The translations under genes were made by a program, and so were the position numbers. The notes below the pieces were generated by a model. That model was not told the DNA's origin. It searched no databases and saw nothing but the letters and a program-made list of their open reading frames with translations. Of a stretch of DNA of 38,246 nt, positions 15,805 to 25,396 are shown in pieces. The first letter of the stretch is position 1. Each line of letters begins with the position of its first letter. This DNA is from an uncultured Salinivenus sp. (lineage in GTDB: Bacteria; Bacteroidota; Rhodothermia; Rhodothermales; Salinibacteraceae), in assembly GCA_964564875.1 (NCBI GenBank), contig CAZMDV010000001.1:1-38246 (forward strand), given 5' to 3'.

Positions 15805-18800
15805 CTACTCGAAGGATGGTGGGACGGGACGGGCGTCGGGATACGTCTTTGCCCGGAGGTCGCGGCTGCGGGCACCGAGGTCCCGGAAAATACGGTCGTA
15901 CCCCCGGTACCGCCACCCGCTCCGGTACCGAGCCTTCGGGTGCATGGGGAAGCTCCCCGAGGCGGCAAGCCGGCTGAGCCGCTGGAGGCACCGCTCCACC
16001 TCGGCCCGGTGGGCGGTCGGATCGAACGCCAGCCGGGTGCCCATCTCCTGAGTCGTCGGAAAGTAGTAGCCTGAGGTGCCGACCTCCTCGCCCGTCAGCG
16101 TTTCGAGGGCGTACGCGTAGAGGGCCCACTGCAGCTGCCCCCCGTCCTTCAGGGGCTCCGCCTCGTCGAACGACGAGAGACCTCCCGTCTTGTAGTCCCA
16201 CACGGCCCGGGTCCCGTCGGGACGGCGGTCCACCCGGTCGATGCGGCCGCGAAGGGCCATCGTGTGCCCAGCCACGCCGAGGGAGACCGCCCCGAGGTCC
16301 CCCTCTGATCGACGATACGGCCCGTAGCCGAACCCGACCTCAAAGGAGAGCGGTTCGTGGGTCCGGCAGTGCTCGATTTCGGAGCGGAGAAACACCTGAG
16401 CGTCCTCGAGGAGCTGTCGGTACGCCGCCGCCTCCACCACCTCACTAGGCGGGCTAACCTCCTTGATTTCAGCGTCCAGGACTTTCCGGAGCGTCTCCTT
16501 CAGAAGCGATTCGTGCTCGGGCGCGGGCCGCTCGTCGCGCTCGTCGAGCCTCTTCATAAACGTCTCGAACGTAGCGTGGAGGATGCTCCCTCGCCGGAGG
16601 GCGTTGAGCCAGGGCTCGTCGTCTAGAGCCGGCTCGTCGAGCGGCTCCACGCCGAGGATGTATTTCAGGAAGTACAGGTACGGGGTTTCGGCGAAGGTTT
16701 CCAGGCGACCAGCGGACATGGGTCCGTCCTCGGGGGCCCCACGAAGGAAGTCCAGCTCCGGATGGTCCCCTTTCGCAAGGAGGCCATCGTGAACGGTGTA
16801 GTCGCCGGATTGACGGGCCTGTCGGGCCCGCTCTCCGCGGCGGATCCACGGGTATCGAGTGATGAGGTCGGCCCGGGCCGTCTCGTGGTCCGGCGGCTGG
16901 GCGCCCCGCTGGCGGTAGGCCGCCAGCCAGGCTTCTGTATCGCTGAGGCGGAGGCCGTCGGGCGCGGGCAGAAATCCTTCGACGCGGTTGGACGCCGCCC
17001 CCCGCTCCCCGGACGTACCCTCGGCAGTCGCGTCTGCTTCGAGGCGCAGGAAGAGCGGCGATGGATACCGCTCCTCTCCACTGTCAACGTCGTAGGTACG
17101 CGAGTAGAGGGCAAGAGGACCAGCGTGCCGCCCGATGGCTCGTTCGTGGCGCCACTGCGCCTCGTCGGGGGCCGACCGGCGCTCGGGGAGAACACCTTCG
17201 AGGACATCGTTCAGGCCCCGGCGATCCTGGTCTCGGAGCAGGGTCTCTTCCACCGCGGCCGTCGAGAGGGTGTCGCTGTCCATGCCCACGACGTAAAGGT
17301 GCGAGCGGCCCCCGTACCCGGCACTTTCGAGCGGCACCACGTGGGCCGTGCCGGGGCGAGGGTGCTCGGCGCGCACGTACTGCCCGTCGAGCCAACGCCG
17401 CAGGAGCGCCGCCAGCGGAGGGCCGGAGGCCTCGTAGTCGACGGGGACGCGCGTGAGGCGGTCGACGCGCTGCCAGAGGACGGTGCGTGCGGCTTCGTCG
17501 AGCGTGCGCTCTGGTTCGGGCTTGTCCTGGGGCGGCGGGTCGACGGGTCCAAACTGCTCGATGAACTGTCGGCTCGCGGCCGCCATCTCCTGGATCGTCG
17601 CCTGTCGGGGCACGAGGGCGAGAAGAGCGTCCACGATTCGGCGTACAAATTCCAGGTCCCGCCGCTGTTCTCGGTCCCGGTTCGGATCGAGCCCGCGGTC
17701 CTCGAGCTCGTCGATGCGCTCGTCGGCCCGGTCGATCGCCGCGCCGAGGGCCTTGACGTAGCCGTCCCGCCCCGCCTCGTAGCGACGGGCCGCCAGGAGG
17801 GTCGCCACCTCGTGGGCCGCCAGGTTGACCGGCCCGATCTCGTCCTCAATTTCGGCTCGGACGCGGTCGAGCCGGAGGTGGCCGCTCCGAAGCATTCGGA
17901 CCAGGAGCGACGGGTCGAAGTCCTCAGTGATCCACTCGAAAAAGGAGAGCAGGGCCTTCCCCGTCCGGCTCTGTGCGACAGGCCTGCCCGTCCCCACGGA
18001 CACCGGCACGCCCATCCGGGCGGCCCGGTCGGTAATCAGCGAGACGTAGGGCCGCTCGCCGGCCACGGCGATCTCGACCTCGTCGAACGGCACCTCGGCC
18101 TCCAGGAGGTCCCGAAACACCGCCTCGATCTCGTTCCCCGCCCCCACGGCCCGTCGCGTGCGGACGCGAGCGCTCATTTCCTCCGATGGCCCGTCGGGGC
18201 TCGGCGGTGGGATCTCGGCAAACCGGGCGGCAGCCGTCTGCGGCGGGGGATCGTCGGGCTCCGGGCGGCCGAGCCGAGCGAAGTGTTGGCACGTGTCCCG
18301 GAGCGCACGCACAAACTGATCGGCCCGTTCGGGCAGGTCTACGGTGTCGCACACCGCCACTACGGAGCGGCCGATCATCGGAGCGCGGCCCTCCCGCCCC
18401 TCCTCGGCGGCCCACCGGAAGACCTGCGCGTCGTCGTAGAGCCCCCGTTCATCCAGCGCCTTCAGGTAGCCGTCGAAGCAGGCAGCCACCACCCGGAACG
18501 TCGCCGAGGCGTCCGGGGCCTCCGCCCGGGCCTGCACCTGATCGAGCGAGGCGCCGCCCCGGCGGAGCGTCTCAATGGCGTCCGCCACAGTGCCTGCCAG
18601 TTGTCCGGGACTGGGGAGCCCCTCCAGTCCTCCCCGGTGTTGTAACGCCTTCAGGAGGCGGGCCGCCAGAAACGAACGGCCGCCCACTGGCAGCGCGGAG
18701 CGCCCCGACGCCGCAATCCGGGGCTGAGCCACCTGTTCGGCGTAGCGGCGCACAATGCGGGTCGCAACGCCGGCCCAACCGCCCTCTGCACGGGCCACGG

Positions 18801-18915
18801 TGTCTTCGAGGGCGCGCCCACTCTGGGTGCGCGGCACGAGGACGACCTTCGGTGCGTGGGGATAGGCGCGGCCCAGCGCCCGAAGCTGCGAGTGGAGAGA
18901 CGAAGTTTGGTCCAT
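15805..18915 (-). CDS. addB: AddB-like subunit: inactive helicase-like region + C-terminal PD-(D/E)XK nuclease
   Basis: Immediately upstream of addA. SAGRLETFAETPYLYFLKYILG, RGSILH, LRGRIDRVD, VWDYKTG and QLQWALY match the AddB/RexB nuclease domain. Confidence 0.85.
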   Translation of the reverse strand: MDQTSSLHSQLRALGRAYPHAPKVVLVPRTQSGRALEDTVARAEGGWAGVATRIVRRYAEQVAQPRIAASGRSALPVGGRSFLAARLLKALQHRGGLEGLPSPGQLAGTVADAIETLRRGGASLDQVQARAEAPDASATFRVVAACFDGYLKALDERGLYDDAQVFRWAAEEGREGRAPMIGRSVVAVCDTVDLPERADQFVRALRDTCQHFARLGRPEPDDPPPQTAAARFAEIPPPSPDGPSEEMSARVRTRRAVGAGNEIEAVFRDLLEAEVPFDEVEIAVAGERPYVSLITDRAARMGVPVSVGTGRPVAQSRTGKALLSFFEWITEDFDPSLLVRMLRSGHLRLDRVRAEIEDEIGPVNLAAHEVATLLAARRYEAGRDGYVKALGAAIDRADERIDELEDRGLDPNRDREQRRDLEFVRRIVDALLALVPRQATIQEMAAASRQFIEQFGPVDPPPQDKPEPERTLDEAARTVLWQRVDRLTRVPVDYEASGPPLAALLRRWLDGQYVRAEHPRPGTAHVVPLESAGYGGRSHLYVVGMDSDTLSTAAVEETLLRDQDRRGLNDVLEGVLPERRSAPDEAQWRHERAIGRHAGPLALYSRTYDVDSGEERYPSPLFLRLEADATAEGTSGERGAASNRVEGFLPAPDGLRLSDTEAWLAAYRQRGAQPPDHETARADLITRYPWIRRGERARQARQSGDYTVHDGLLAKGDHPELDFLRGAPEDGPMSAGRLETFAETPYLYFLKYILGVEPLDEPALDDEPWLNALRRGSILHATFETFMKRLDERDERPAPEHESLLKETLRKVLDAEIKEVSPPSEVVEAAAYRQLLEDAQVFLRSEIEHCRTHEPLSFEVGFGYGPYRRSEGDLGAVSLGVAGHTMALRGRIDRVDRRPDGTRAVWDYKTGGLSSFDEAEPLKDGGQLQWALYAYALETLTGEEVGTSGYYFPTTQEMGTRLAFDPTAHRAEVERCLQRLSRLAASGSFPMHPKARYRSGWRYRGYDRIFRDLGARSRDLRAKTYPDARPVPPSFE

Positions 18916-19270
18916 GAGTGCAGATCAGGAAGTACACGTAGAGTGGAAACGACGCATCCGGGGCGTCCGCGGTGAAGGTGCCATGTGACGGCACCCTGCC
19001 TCAATACCGTTTCCGGATAAATGTCGGCGTACATGAGAGAATCGATGCGTTGCACGTGAGGGACTGCCCGACATTCAACCCGCAAATGTTCAATCCCAAC
19101 GGTAGTCGAGACCGACTGTTAAGGGCCGGAAGACTCCGCCCTCCATTCAACGAGGGAAATGCGCACCTAAACACAATGACATTCTCAATTGGGGTGGCGC
19201 ACGGGGTGCCGGCCAAACAGGACAGAACAAAACCTAGACGGTCCGGCCTGGACACGTTCTCCCAGAGTCC

Positions 19271-19789
19271 TCAGTTCCCCGTCTTCTTCCCGCCTTTCTG
19301 GGCTCGCCATCTCCACGGCGGCACCGGATCTGCCTGTGCCCAGAGCCCTCGCTTGTCGGCCCGCGCCCGTTTTTCCAGCCGACGGAAGCGGTCCTCGTGG
19401 GACGCCTGCGAACGATCCCACCACGCGAGCCCCTTCCGGACCAGCTGCACGTTCAGGACCTGGTTACCAACCCGAAGGATGAACAAGGGCCGTCCATCCT
19501 CGTCCCTCCCTTCGGCCACCGCTCGTACTCGGGCCTCAGAAGCGGCGCGTCGCAGGAAGCGGACCGCCGCGGCGCCGTATGGCTGCCCGAGCTCGGGCGC
19601 GTCGACGCCATAAAGATGTATTCGGACAATCTGGCCGGTGTCGCGGAGAAGGTGGACTGTATCCCCATCGAGCACCCGATGGACTCGTCCCTGATACGAC
19701 TGGCCCACCACAAGCGTGGGCAGGCTCAAAAGAAGCAGGAGCAGGCCGAGTGTACGCCGGAGGCAGTCCATGATCGGGTCGGTGGCCAT
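19271..19789 (-). CDS. Secreted thermonuclease (staphylococcal nuclease, SNase family)
   Basis: Signal peptide (RRTLGLLLLLLSLPTLVVG), VLDGDT, LYGVDAPE.GQPYG, GR, LVRKGLAW, ARADKRGLW and PPWRWR. Start is ATG 19789 or 19771. Confidence 0.9.
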   Translation of the reverse strand: MATDPIMDCLRRTLGLLLLLLSLPTLVVGQSYQGRVHRVLDGDTVHLLRDTGQIVRIHLYGVDAPELGQPYGAAAVRFLRRAASEARVRAVAEGRDEDGRPLFILRVGNQVLNVQLVRKGLAWWDRSQASHEDRFRRLEKRARADKRGLWAQADPVPPWRWRAQKGGKKTGN

Positions 19790-19851
19790 CAGATCGTTCT
19801 CGCAAGCGGAAGAAGGGCGCTCGGGACGCCCCAGACCTGCCCGCACCCTGC

Positions 19852-20151
19852 TTAGAGCATCAGATTGACGAGGCCCCCGAGGGCCGCGGCGGTCCACACC
19901 GCGAGGCTCAACTGGCGAAGCGTTCGGGCCGCCCGGGACTCCGGTTGCGCCAGCCACTGCCCCAGCCCTCGGAGCACGCCGCCGACGACCACGCCGATCA
20001 GCACCCATGTGCCAGACTCCCCGAACGGGTCGGTCCAATGCGGAGAGAGCACCGCGTCGAGCACAAGGGCACCCGTCAGAAGGAACACAATCACGCCGAA
20101 CACTGGCCAGGTGGCCAGGTCCGGAAGTGCCGACTGGTCGGGGCCCTCCAT
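19852..20151 (-). CDS. Small membrane protein (about 3 transmembrane helices)
   Basis: 99 aa ATG-initiated ORF with three hydrophobic segments. It fits between the GH31 and thermonuclease genes on the same strand. Confidence 0.65.
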   Translation of the reverse strand: MEGPDQSALPDLATWPVFGVIVFLLTGALVLDAVLSPHWTDPFGESGTWVLIGVVVGGVLRGLGQWLAQPESRAARTLRQLSLAVWTAAALGGLVNLML

Positions 20152-20178
20152 CTCAACGTGTCGCTGTCAAAACCGAAG

Positions 20179-23100
20179 TCACCGCACCACCGTGAGGCGC
20201 TCTGTGGCAATCGTGTCGCCAGCCCGCAGCCGCAGGAAGTACGTTCCACTCGGCAGGCCCGACACGTCGATCTGCCGCTCGTGTCGCCCCGTTTGTGTCC
20301 GGTCAAGAACAGTGCGCACCCGCCGGCCCAGCACGTCGTAGAGCCGCATCGCCATCGCTTGCTGTTCGGGCAGGGCATAGCGGACCGTCGCGCGCTGGCG
20401 AGTCGGATTAGGGGCTATTTCCTGCAGCTCGACCGCCTCAACGCGTCGATCGACGGTAAGCGTCTGGGAGTAGCGCGCCTCACGGCCGTCGGTCCGGATT
20501 TCTTTGAGGCGATAGCCGAGCGAGTCGGCAGCATAGGGCACCTCCTCATCGGTGAACCGGTAGGTGCGGGCATTGGTAGGCACGGTCACGGTGCCCACCG
20601 AGGTCCATGATCGGCCGTTGCGGGTGCGTTGCACGTGGTAGCCGGGGCGCACCGGGGCGGGGCCGCGCCAGGTCAGGGCAACTGTCTGGTCCTCGACGGC
20701 CGCCTCAAAGCGCTCTAGCTCTAACGCGGACGCGGGGGCGGGACGAACGACGGGGACGAACTCGCCGAGCGCATCCGTTGTGGCCGAGAGCGTGTCGTCG
20801 GACGCGTCGTCGGGCGTGCCGTTGTCTTCGAGGCGCGTCGTGAGCGCGGAAAACGATCCGGTCCCCGGCTCCGTCCGCCGGTACAGGGTCACCTGCGAGG
20901 GATTATCGACGCCCCCGAGCGCCTCGGCGGCGACGCGGAGCGTGGCGGTACCGAAGCCTAGCTCGTCGCCGGCAGTGAGGACGAGGCGGTCCGCCCCCGC
21001 ACGGCCGCCATCGAGGCTGTCAGGGACGGCGGGGGACCGGACCCGCCGGGCAACAGTCACCGTGTCTTGGCCCTGAACGCCGGACATTGCCAGCCGCACG
21101 CCCGTGCTCCCAAAGTCGACCGGGCGGTCACTGCTCACCAGGGCCGACTGGACAGCGATGGGCCCGTCGCCCACGGATGCATGGAGCTGATGCTCCATTT
21201 GCACCGCTCCGGAGGCGCGCACATGGAGGCGCTCAGTCGTCGCGTCGTAGGCGAAGCCGGACTGATTTTCTCGGAGGGCCGTAGGCGATCCGCGATCGTA
21301 GAGCACGCGACCGTCAAAAGTGACGCGCCGAGGCGGCTCGGCGGTGCGATGGAGCACGACGTGGTAGGTGCGCCGGGCCGGCAGCCCCTCGAACGATCCC
21401 TGCGTGGCCCCCATCGTCACCGTCATCCGCGTATTGCCGTTCCGGGTCGTCCGCCGCTGCCGGAAGATCGTGGTGGCGTAGCGCCCCTGCTCGTAGGCTC
21501 GCGTGTGTCCATCGTCTTCGTAAAACCTGAACTGGCTGGCCTCGTCCTGGGGATAGACGGCGAGCTGAAGCGTATCGGCGACCGAGTGGCCTATGTGGTC
21601 CGGCGCGGTGGGGCGCATCGGCACGATCGATCCGGCGCGCACGAAAAGGGGCAGGCGGTCCAGCGGCGCGTCGACCGTCACGGAGGCACCACCCGTCACT
21701 GCCTGGTCCGTCCAGTAGTTGATCCAGGTGCCGTCGGGGAGCGGCACCGTCTTTTCCCGCTTGCCGGCCGTCACGACGGGCGCAACGAGGAATGAGTCGC
21801 CGAAGAGATAGGCGTCCTCCTCCTCGGCAAGCGAGGAGGCGTCAGGCTCCTCAAAAAACAGGGGCCGCACGATGGGCATGCCGCGGTCGTGTGCCCGATA
21901 CGCCATCGTGTAGAGGTACGGGAGCAGGCGGTAGCGCAGCTGAACGTACTCGCGGCTAATGTCGAGCACGGACGCGCCGAACCCCCAGGGCTCGGTCGGC
22001 TGGTTGTCGATACCGTGGGGACGCATCACGGGGGTGAACGCCCCCATTTGCAACCACCGCGCGTAGAGTTCGGGGGAAGTTTGCCCCACGAAGCCGCCTA
22101 GGTCCGAGCTGTGGTAGTAGAGCCCCGAGAGGCTGCTGTTGAGCATGAGGGACCGCTGCGCAGCCAAGCCGTCGAACGTGCGCCCAACGTCCGCCGACCA
22201 CGTGAAGACGCCGTAGCGCTGAATGCCGGCGTATCCGGAGCGGGTAAGGTTGACGAGGCGCTGGTCGGGTCGCTGCTCCCGGAACGCGTTCTGGACGGTG
22301 CGCGCCCAAAGCAGATTGTACACGTTGTGGACTGCGTCCGCCGGGCCGGCGGCGTGCTGCATGGGGGCGGGATGGGCCTCCGGCTCGCCGAGGTCGGTCC
22401 AGAGGCCGTGCACGCCCGACGAAAGAACGTCTTTGTACCGGGCCCTCCACCAGTTGCGAGTGGGCGCGTGCGTGACGTCTGCAAGGACGGCGTCGCACCC
22501 GCACGACCACCATCCGCCGAGGCGGTAGGGCGTCCCGTTCTGGGTCTGGGCGGGCCGGGGGACTCCCTCGCCCACCATGTCCGCGAACCAGTTCGACGTC
22601 TCCGTGACGTAGGGCTCCGTAATGACAATCGTCTTGATGCCCTTCGCCTCGAAGTCGTCAATCATCTGGGTAGGGTTGGGGAACGCGCTCGGGTCCCAGC
22701 TGAAGTCGCCCATGTGCTCAAACCAGTAGAGGTCAAGGATCAGGCCGTCGGCAGGAATATTTTCCTCTCGGAAGCGATCGACAGTTTGTCGGGCCGCGTC
22801 GGCCGTGCGATAGCCGTACTTGGACTGGAGATAGCCCAGTGTCCACTTCGGGGGCATGGGCGGACGTCCCGTCAGCCACGTGTACGTCTGGAGCTGCTCT
22901 GGAATTGAAGTGCCGGCCAGGACGAAGTAGGACAGCTGGCCGCCGTCCGCCTCGTACCAGAACTTCGACGGATCCTCAACCCCAAGGTCAAAGGTGCCGG
23001 GATGCGGATCGTCGAAGAGCAGGGCGTACCCCCGGGAAGTGAGCAGCAGGGGCACGTTGATGTTCATCGTGGGCGGGGGCTGGGTGTAGCCAAAATGCTG

Positions 23101-23628
23101 CTCGTTGTAGCTTTGGAAGCGCTCGCCGCGCAGGTTGAGGTCGAGCCCTCGCTCCCCGGTGCCGTAGAACCGCAGGTCGGACGGCAGCCGAAATTGCGTC
23201 CGCCGCCTCTCGCCGTCCGCCACCATCCCCGCCGATGCCGCTTCACGGAGGAGCGTTTGCTCCCCCGCTCCTTCGATCCGAAGGCGCACCGGATTCTTCT
23301 GGATGTGTGCCGTGAGGCCCGGGGTCGACACGTGAACCGCCTTGGCGTCGGCGTACGCGTTGATTGCGACGCCCGTAGGCTCGCGGTGGACGGCGAGGGA
23401 CGAGTCGCGCGTCGTCGATGGGCTCGGAAGCACGTCGACCCGTACCACGTCTCGGCGGTACCACGTAAGTCGCATCCCGGAGGTGTCGGCCCACACGGTA
23501 ACGGACGACGGGCCGACCTCGTGGTCGGTGTAGGAGCCCAGGGGCGTCTGGGCCGCGCCCGAAGCGGGCACCAGGACGGATACCACGACGATCAAGATGG
23601 CACGACGGATCAGTCGACTCTCTCGCAT
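20179..23628 (-). CDS. Glycoside hydrolase family 31 (alpha-glucosidase/alpha-xylosidase-like) with T9SS C-terminal sorting domain
   Basis: Signal peptide, FYGTGE, TGRPPMPPKWTLGY, nucleophile motif WTDLGEPE, RSGYAGIQRY, acid/base WSADV, SDLGGF, ELYARW, PLFVRAGSIVP and YEDDG. C-terminal PNP...YDVLGR...LPSGTYFLRL is a type A CTD. Confidence 0.95.
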   Translation of the reverse strand: MRESRLIRRAILIVVVSVLVPASGAAQTPLGSYTDHEVGPSSVTVWADTSGMRLTWYRRDVVRVDVLPSPSTTRDSSLAVHREPTGVAINAYADAKAVHVSTPGLTAHIQKNPVRLRIEGAGEQTLLREAASAGMVADGERRRTQFRLPSDLRFYGTGERGLDLNLRGERFQSYNEQHFGYTQPPPTMNINVPLLLTSRGYALLFDDPHPGTFDLGVEDPSKFWYEADGGQLSYFVLAGTSIPEQLQTYTWLTGRPPMPPKWTLGYLQSKYGYRTADAARQTVDRFREENIPADGLILDLYWFEHMGDFSWDPSAFPNPTQMIDDFEAKGIKTIVITEPYVTETSNWFADMVGEGVPRPAQTQNGTPYRLGGWWSCGCDAVLADVTHAPTRNWWRARYKDVLSSGVHGLWTDLGEPEAHPAPMQHAAGPADAVHNVYNLLWARTVQNAFREQRPDQRLVNLTRSGYAGIQRYGVFTWSADVGRTFDGLAAQRSLMLNSSLSGLYYHSSDLGGFVGQTSPELYARWLQMGAFTPVMRPHGIDNQPTEPWGFGASVLDISREYVQLRYRLLPYLYTMAYRAHDRGMPIVRPLFFEEPDASSLAEEEDAYLFGDSFLVAPVVTAGKREKTVPLPDGTWINYWTDQAVTGGASVTVDAPLDRLPLFVRAGSIVPMRPTAPDHIGHSVADTLQLAVYPQDEASQFRFYEDDGHTRAYEQGRYATTIFRQRRTTRNGNTRMTVTMGATQGSFEGLPARRTYHVVLHRTAEPPRRVTFDGRVLYDRGSPTALRENQSGFAYDATTERLHVRASGAVQMEHQLHASVGDGPIAVQSALVSSDRPVDFGSTGVRLAMSGVQGQDTVTVARRVRSPAVPDSLDGGRAGADRLVLTAGDELGFGTATLRVAAEALGGVDNPSQVTLYRRTEPGTGSFSALTTRLEDNGTPDDASDDTLSATTDALGEFVPVVRPAPASALELERFEAAVEDQTVALTWRGPAPVRPGYHVQRTRNGRSWTSVGTVTVPTNARTYRFTDEEVPYAADSLGYRLKEIRTDGREARYSQTLTVDRRVEAVELQEIAPNPTRQRATVRYALPEQQAMAMRLYDVLGRRVRTVLDRTQTGRHERQIDVSGLPSGTYFLRLRAGDTIATERLTVVR

Positions 23629-23893
23629 GCAGGAAACGGGAAATACACTGGAATTGTGGAGGGATGGATAAATCGCTTCGTGCTCCGCGGTTCCTTTTTT
23701 GGGAGCGTCCGTTTCCGAACGGGGTAACCAAGAGCCTGCGGCCGTGAAGCGCAGCGCGAGGACAGAGCTGCCAGATCGTACTTATCGCGGCTCGCCGGGT
23801 GGTCGCAGCCACGAGACGTTATGATTCGCGTAGCTGTGTGTCTGTCATGTAGAGGCCTGTCCTAATTCCCACTCGGTACACGCATCCCCGATC

Positions 23894-25306
23894 ATGCATG
23901 CTCTTCGGTCCTTTACCACCTACCCCGCCGGCAACCGAGACGAAAGCGCGGAGCTCTACGAGCCGCCCCCGGAGGCGCCCGAGGTTCCAGAGGCTCTCGT
24001 CCAGGACCTCTGGACCCGCCAACGGTTTGCCACCGACGGCCTCACGACGACAAACGACGAGGCGGTCCGTGTCCTCGATCCGGGAACGCAGAACACCGAC
24101 GCCGGGCCCGACTTCCAGAACGCGCACGTCCGCATCGGGGACATGGACTGGCGCGGCCACGTCGAGATTCACAACACGTCCGGCGGGTGGTTCGAGCACG
24201 AGCACCACACCGATCCCCGCTACGACAGCGTGGTGCTTCACGTGACCTTGCATGCGGACATGTGGACCGGAGGATTGCTGCGGTCCGACGAGTCGCCCTT
24301 GCCCGAAATCGTGCTCTATCCGCGCCTCGAAACGCCACTCCGTGAGCTGCTGCACGCCTTCCACACCCGTGGGGACGACGATGCACTCCCCTGCGCCTCG
24401 CGCTGGGCGGAGGTGCCCGACGATCTTCGGTGGGAGTGGATCCACCATCTTGCCCGGGAGCGGCTGGCCGGAAAGCGAGACCGACTTTCGGTTTCAGACA
24501 ACGAGTCCCTAGACGCCGTCCTCCACGAACGACTGTTCGCCGGGTTGGGCTACGCCAAGAACGACACGCCCATGTCCACGCTCGCCACCCGCACCGTACC
24601 CGACACTCTCCGGGCCCTGGAGGCACCGCGCACCCGCGAGGCGCTCCTCCTCGGGACGGCGGGGCTCCTGCCCAAGCCCGAGGACTTGCTCGACAGTGAC
24701 CGGGTTACGGCCGACTACGCGATGGCCCTTCGTGACCGGTTTCGCCGCCTCCAGGTGCGGCTCGACGTGTCGCCCATGGCGTCGACAAGTTGGACGTTTT
24801 TCCGGCTGCGCCCCAACAACTTCCCGCCTCTCCGCATCGCGCAGGCGGCGGCCTGGTACGCCGACGGGGCGCTGCTGGCCGTCGACCCCTTGCCCGTCCT
24901 GCGTACGGCCCTGAGCCAGGACGATCCCGTCTCCGCCCTCCGCGAGGCCCTCGACGCTACGCCGCCCGACTTTTGGCGCACCCACTATCACCTCACCAAG
25001 CGGGCCCAGGAGCATGACCCGAGCCTCGGCACGTCCCGCATCGACACCCTGCTCGTCAACGCTGTGGCCCCCGTTCTTCTGCTCGACGCCGACCGGCGGG
25101 ACGACGATGCCCAATCCACCGCGGTCTTCGATCTGCTCCGGGCCCTGCCCGCGTCTGGGGACCGGGTGGTCCGGCGGTACGAGGATCTCGGCATGGACCC
25201 CGACTCGGCCTTCGACACGCAGGGCCTCCACGAGCTCTACCGGGGCTACTGCACGGAGGGGGGCTGCTTGGAGTGCGACATCGGCCAGCACCTCCTCGAC
25301 GCCTGA
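23894..25306 (+). CDS. DUF2851 family protein
   Basis: PG.QN.DAGPDF...GHVEIH...W..H.HH.DPRYDSVVLHV, GYAKN, W.FFRLRPNNFP..RIAQ, FWRTHY and C-terminal YC...CLEC.IG. Confidence 0.9.
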   Translation: MHALRSFTTYPAGNRDESAELYEPPPEAPEVPEALVQDLWTRQRFATDGLTTTNDEAVRVLDPGTQNTDAGPDFQNAHVRIGDMDWRGHVEIHNTSGGWFEHEHHTDPRYDSVVLHVTLHADMWTGGLLRSDESPLPEIVLYPRLETPLRELLHAFHTRGDDDALPCASRWAEVPDDLRWEWIHHLARERLAGKRDRLSVSDNESLDAVLHERLFAGLGYAKNDTPMSTLATRTVPDTLRALEAPRTREALLLGTAGLLPKPEDLLDSDRVTADYAMALRDRFRRLQVRLDVSPMASTSWTFFRLRPNNFPPLRIAQAAAWYADGALLAVDPLPVLRTALSQDDPVSALREALDATPPDFWRTHYHLTKRAQEHDPSLGTSRIDTLLVNAVAPVLLLDADRRDDDAQSTAVFDLLRALPASGDRVVRRYEDLGMDPDSAFDTQGLHELYRGYCTEGGCLECDIGQHLLDA

Positions 25307-25396
25307 TTGATCTTGCTACCGACGCGTGAGGAGCGGTTGGCAAAGGGTCGCTACTTTCCCGACAGCCGTCGGGACTGCTCAAGTGTGTAGGAATCG

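Noticed and set aside
15805-16720. Cas4/CRISPR interpretation of the PD-(D/E)XK nuclease
   Set aside because: It is the C-terminus of a 1036-aa protein adjacent to addA. No cas genes or repeat-spacer array are visible.
16762-18645. 627-aa + strand ORF
   Set aside because: Antisense shadow of addB. It is R/G/V-rich with no motifs, as expected in high-GC DNA.
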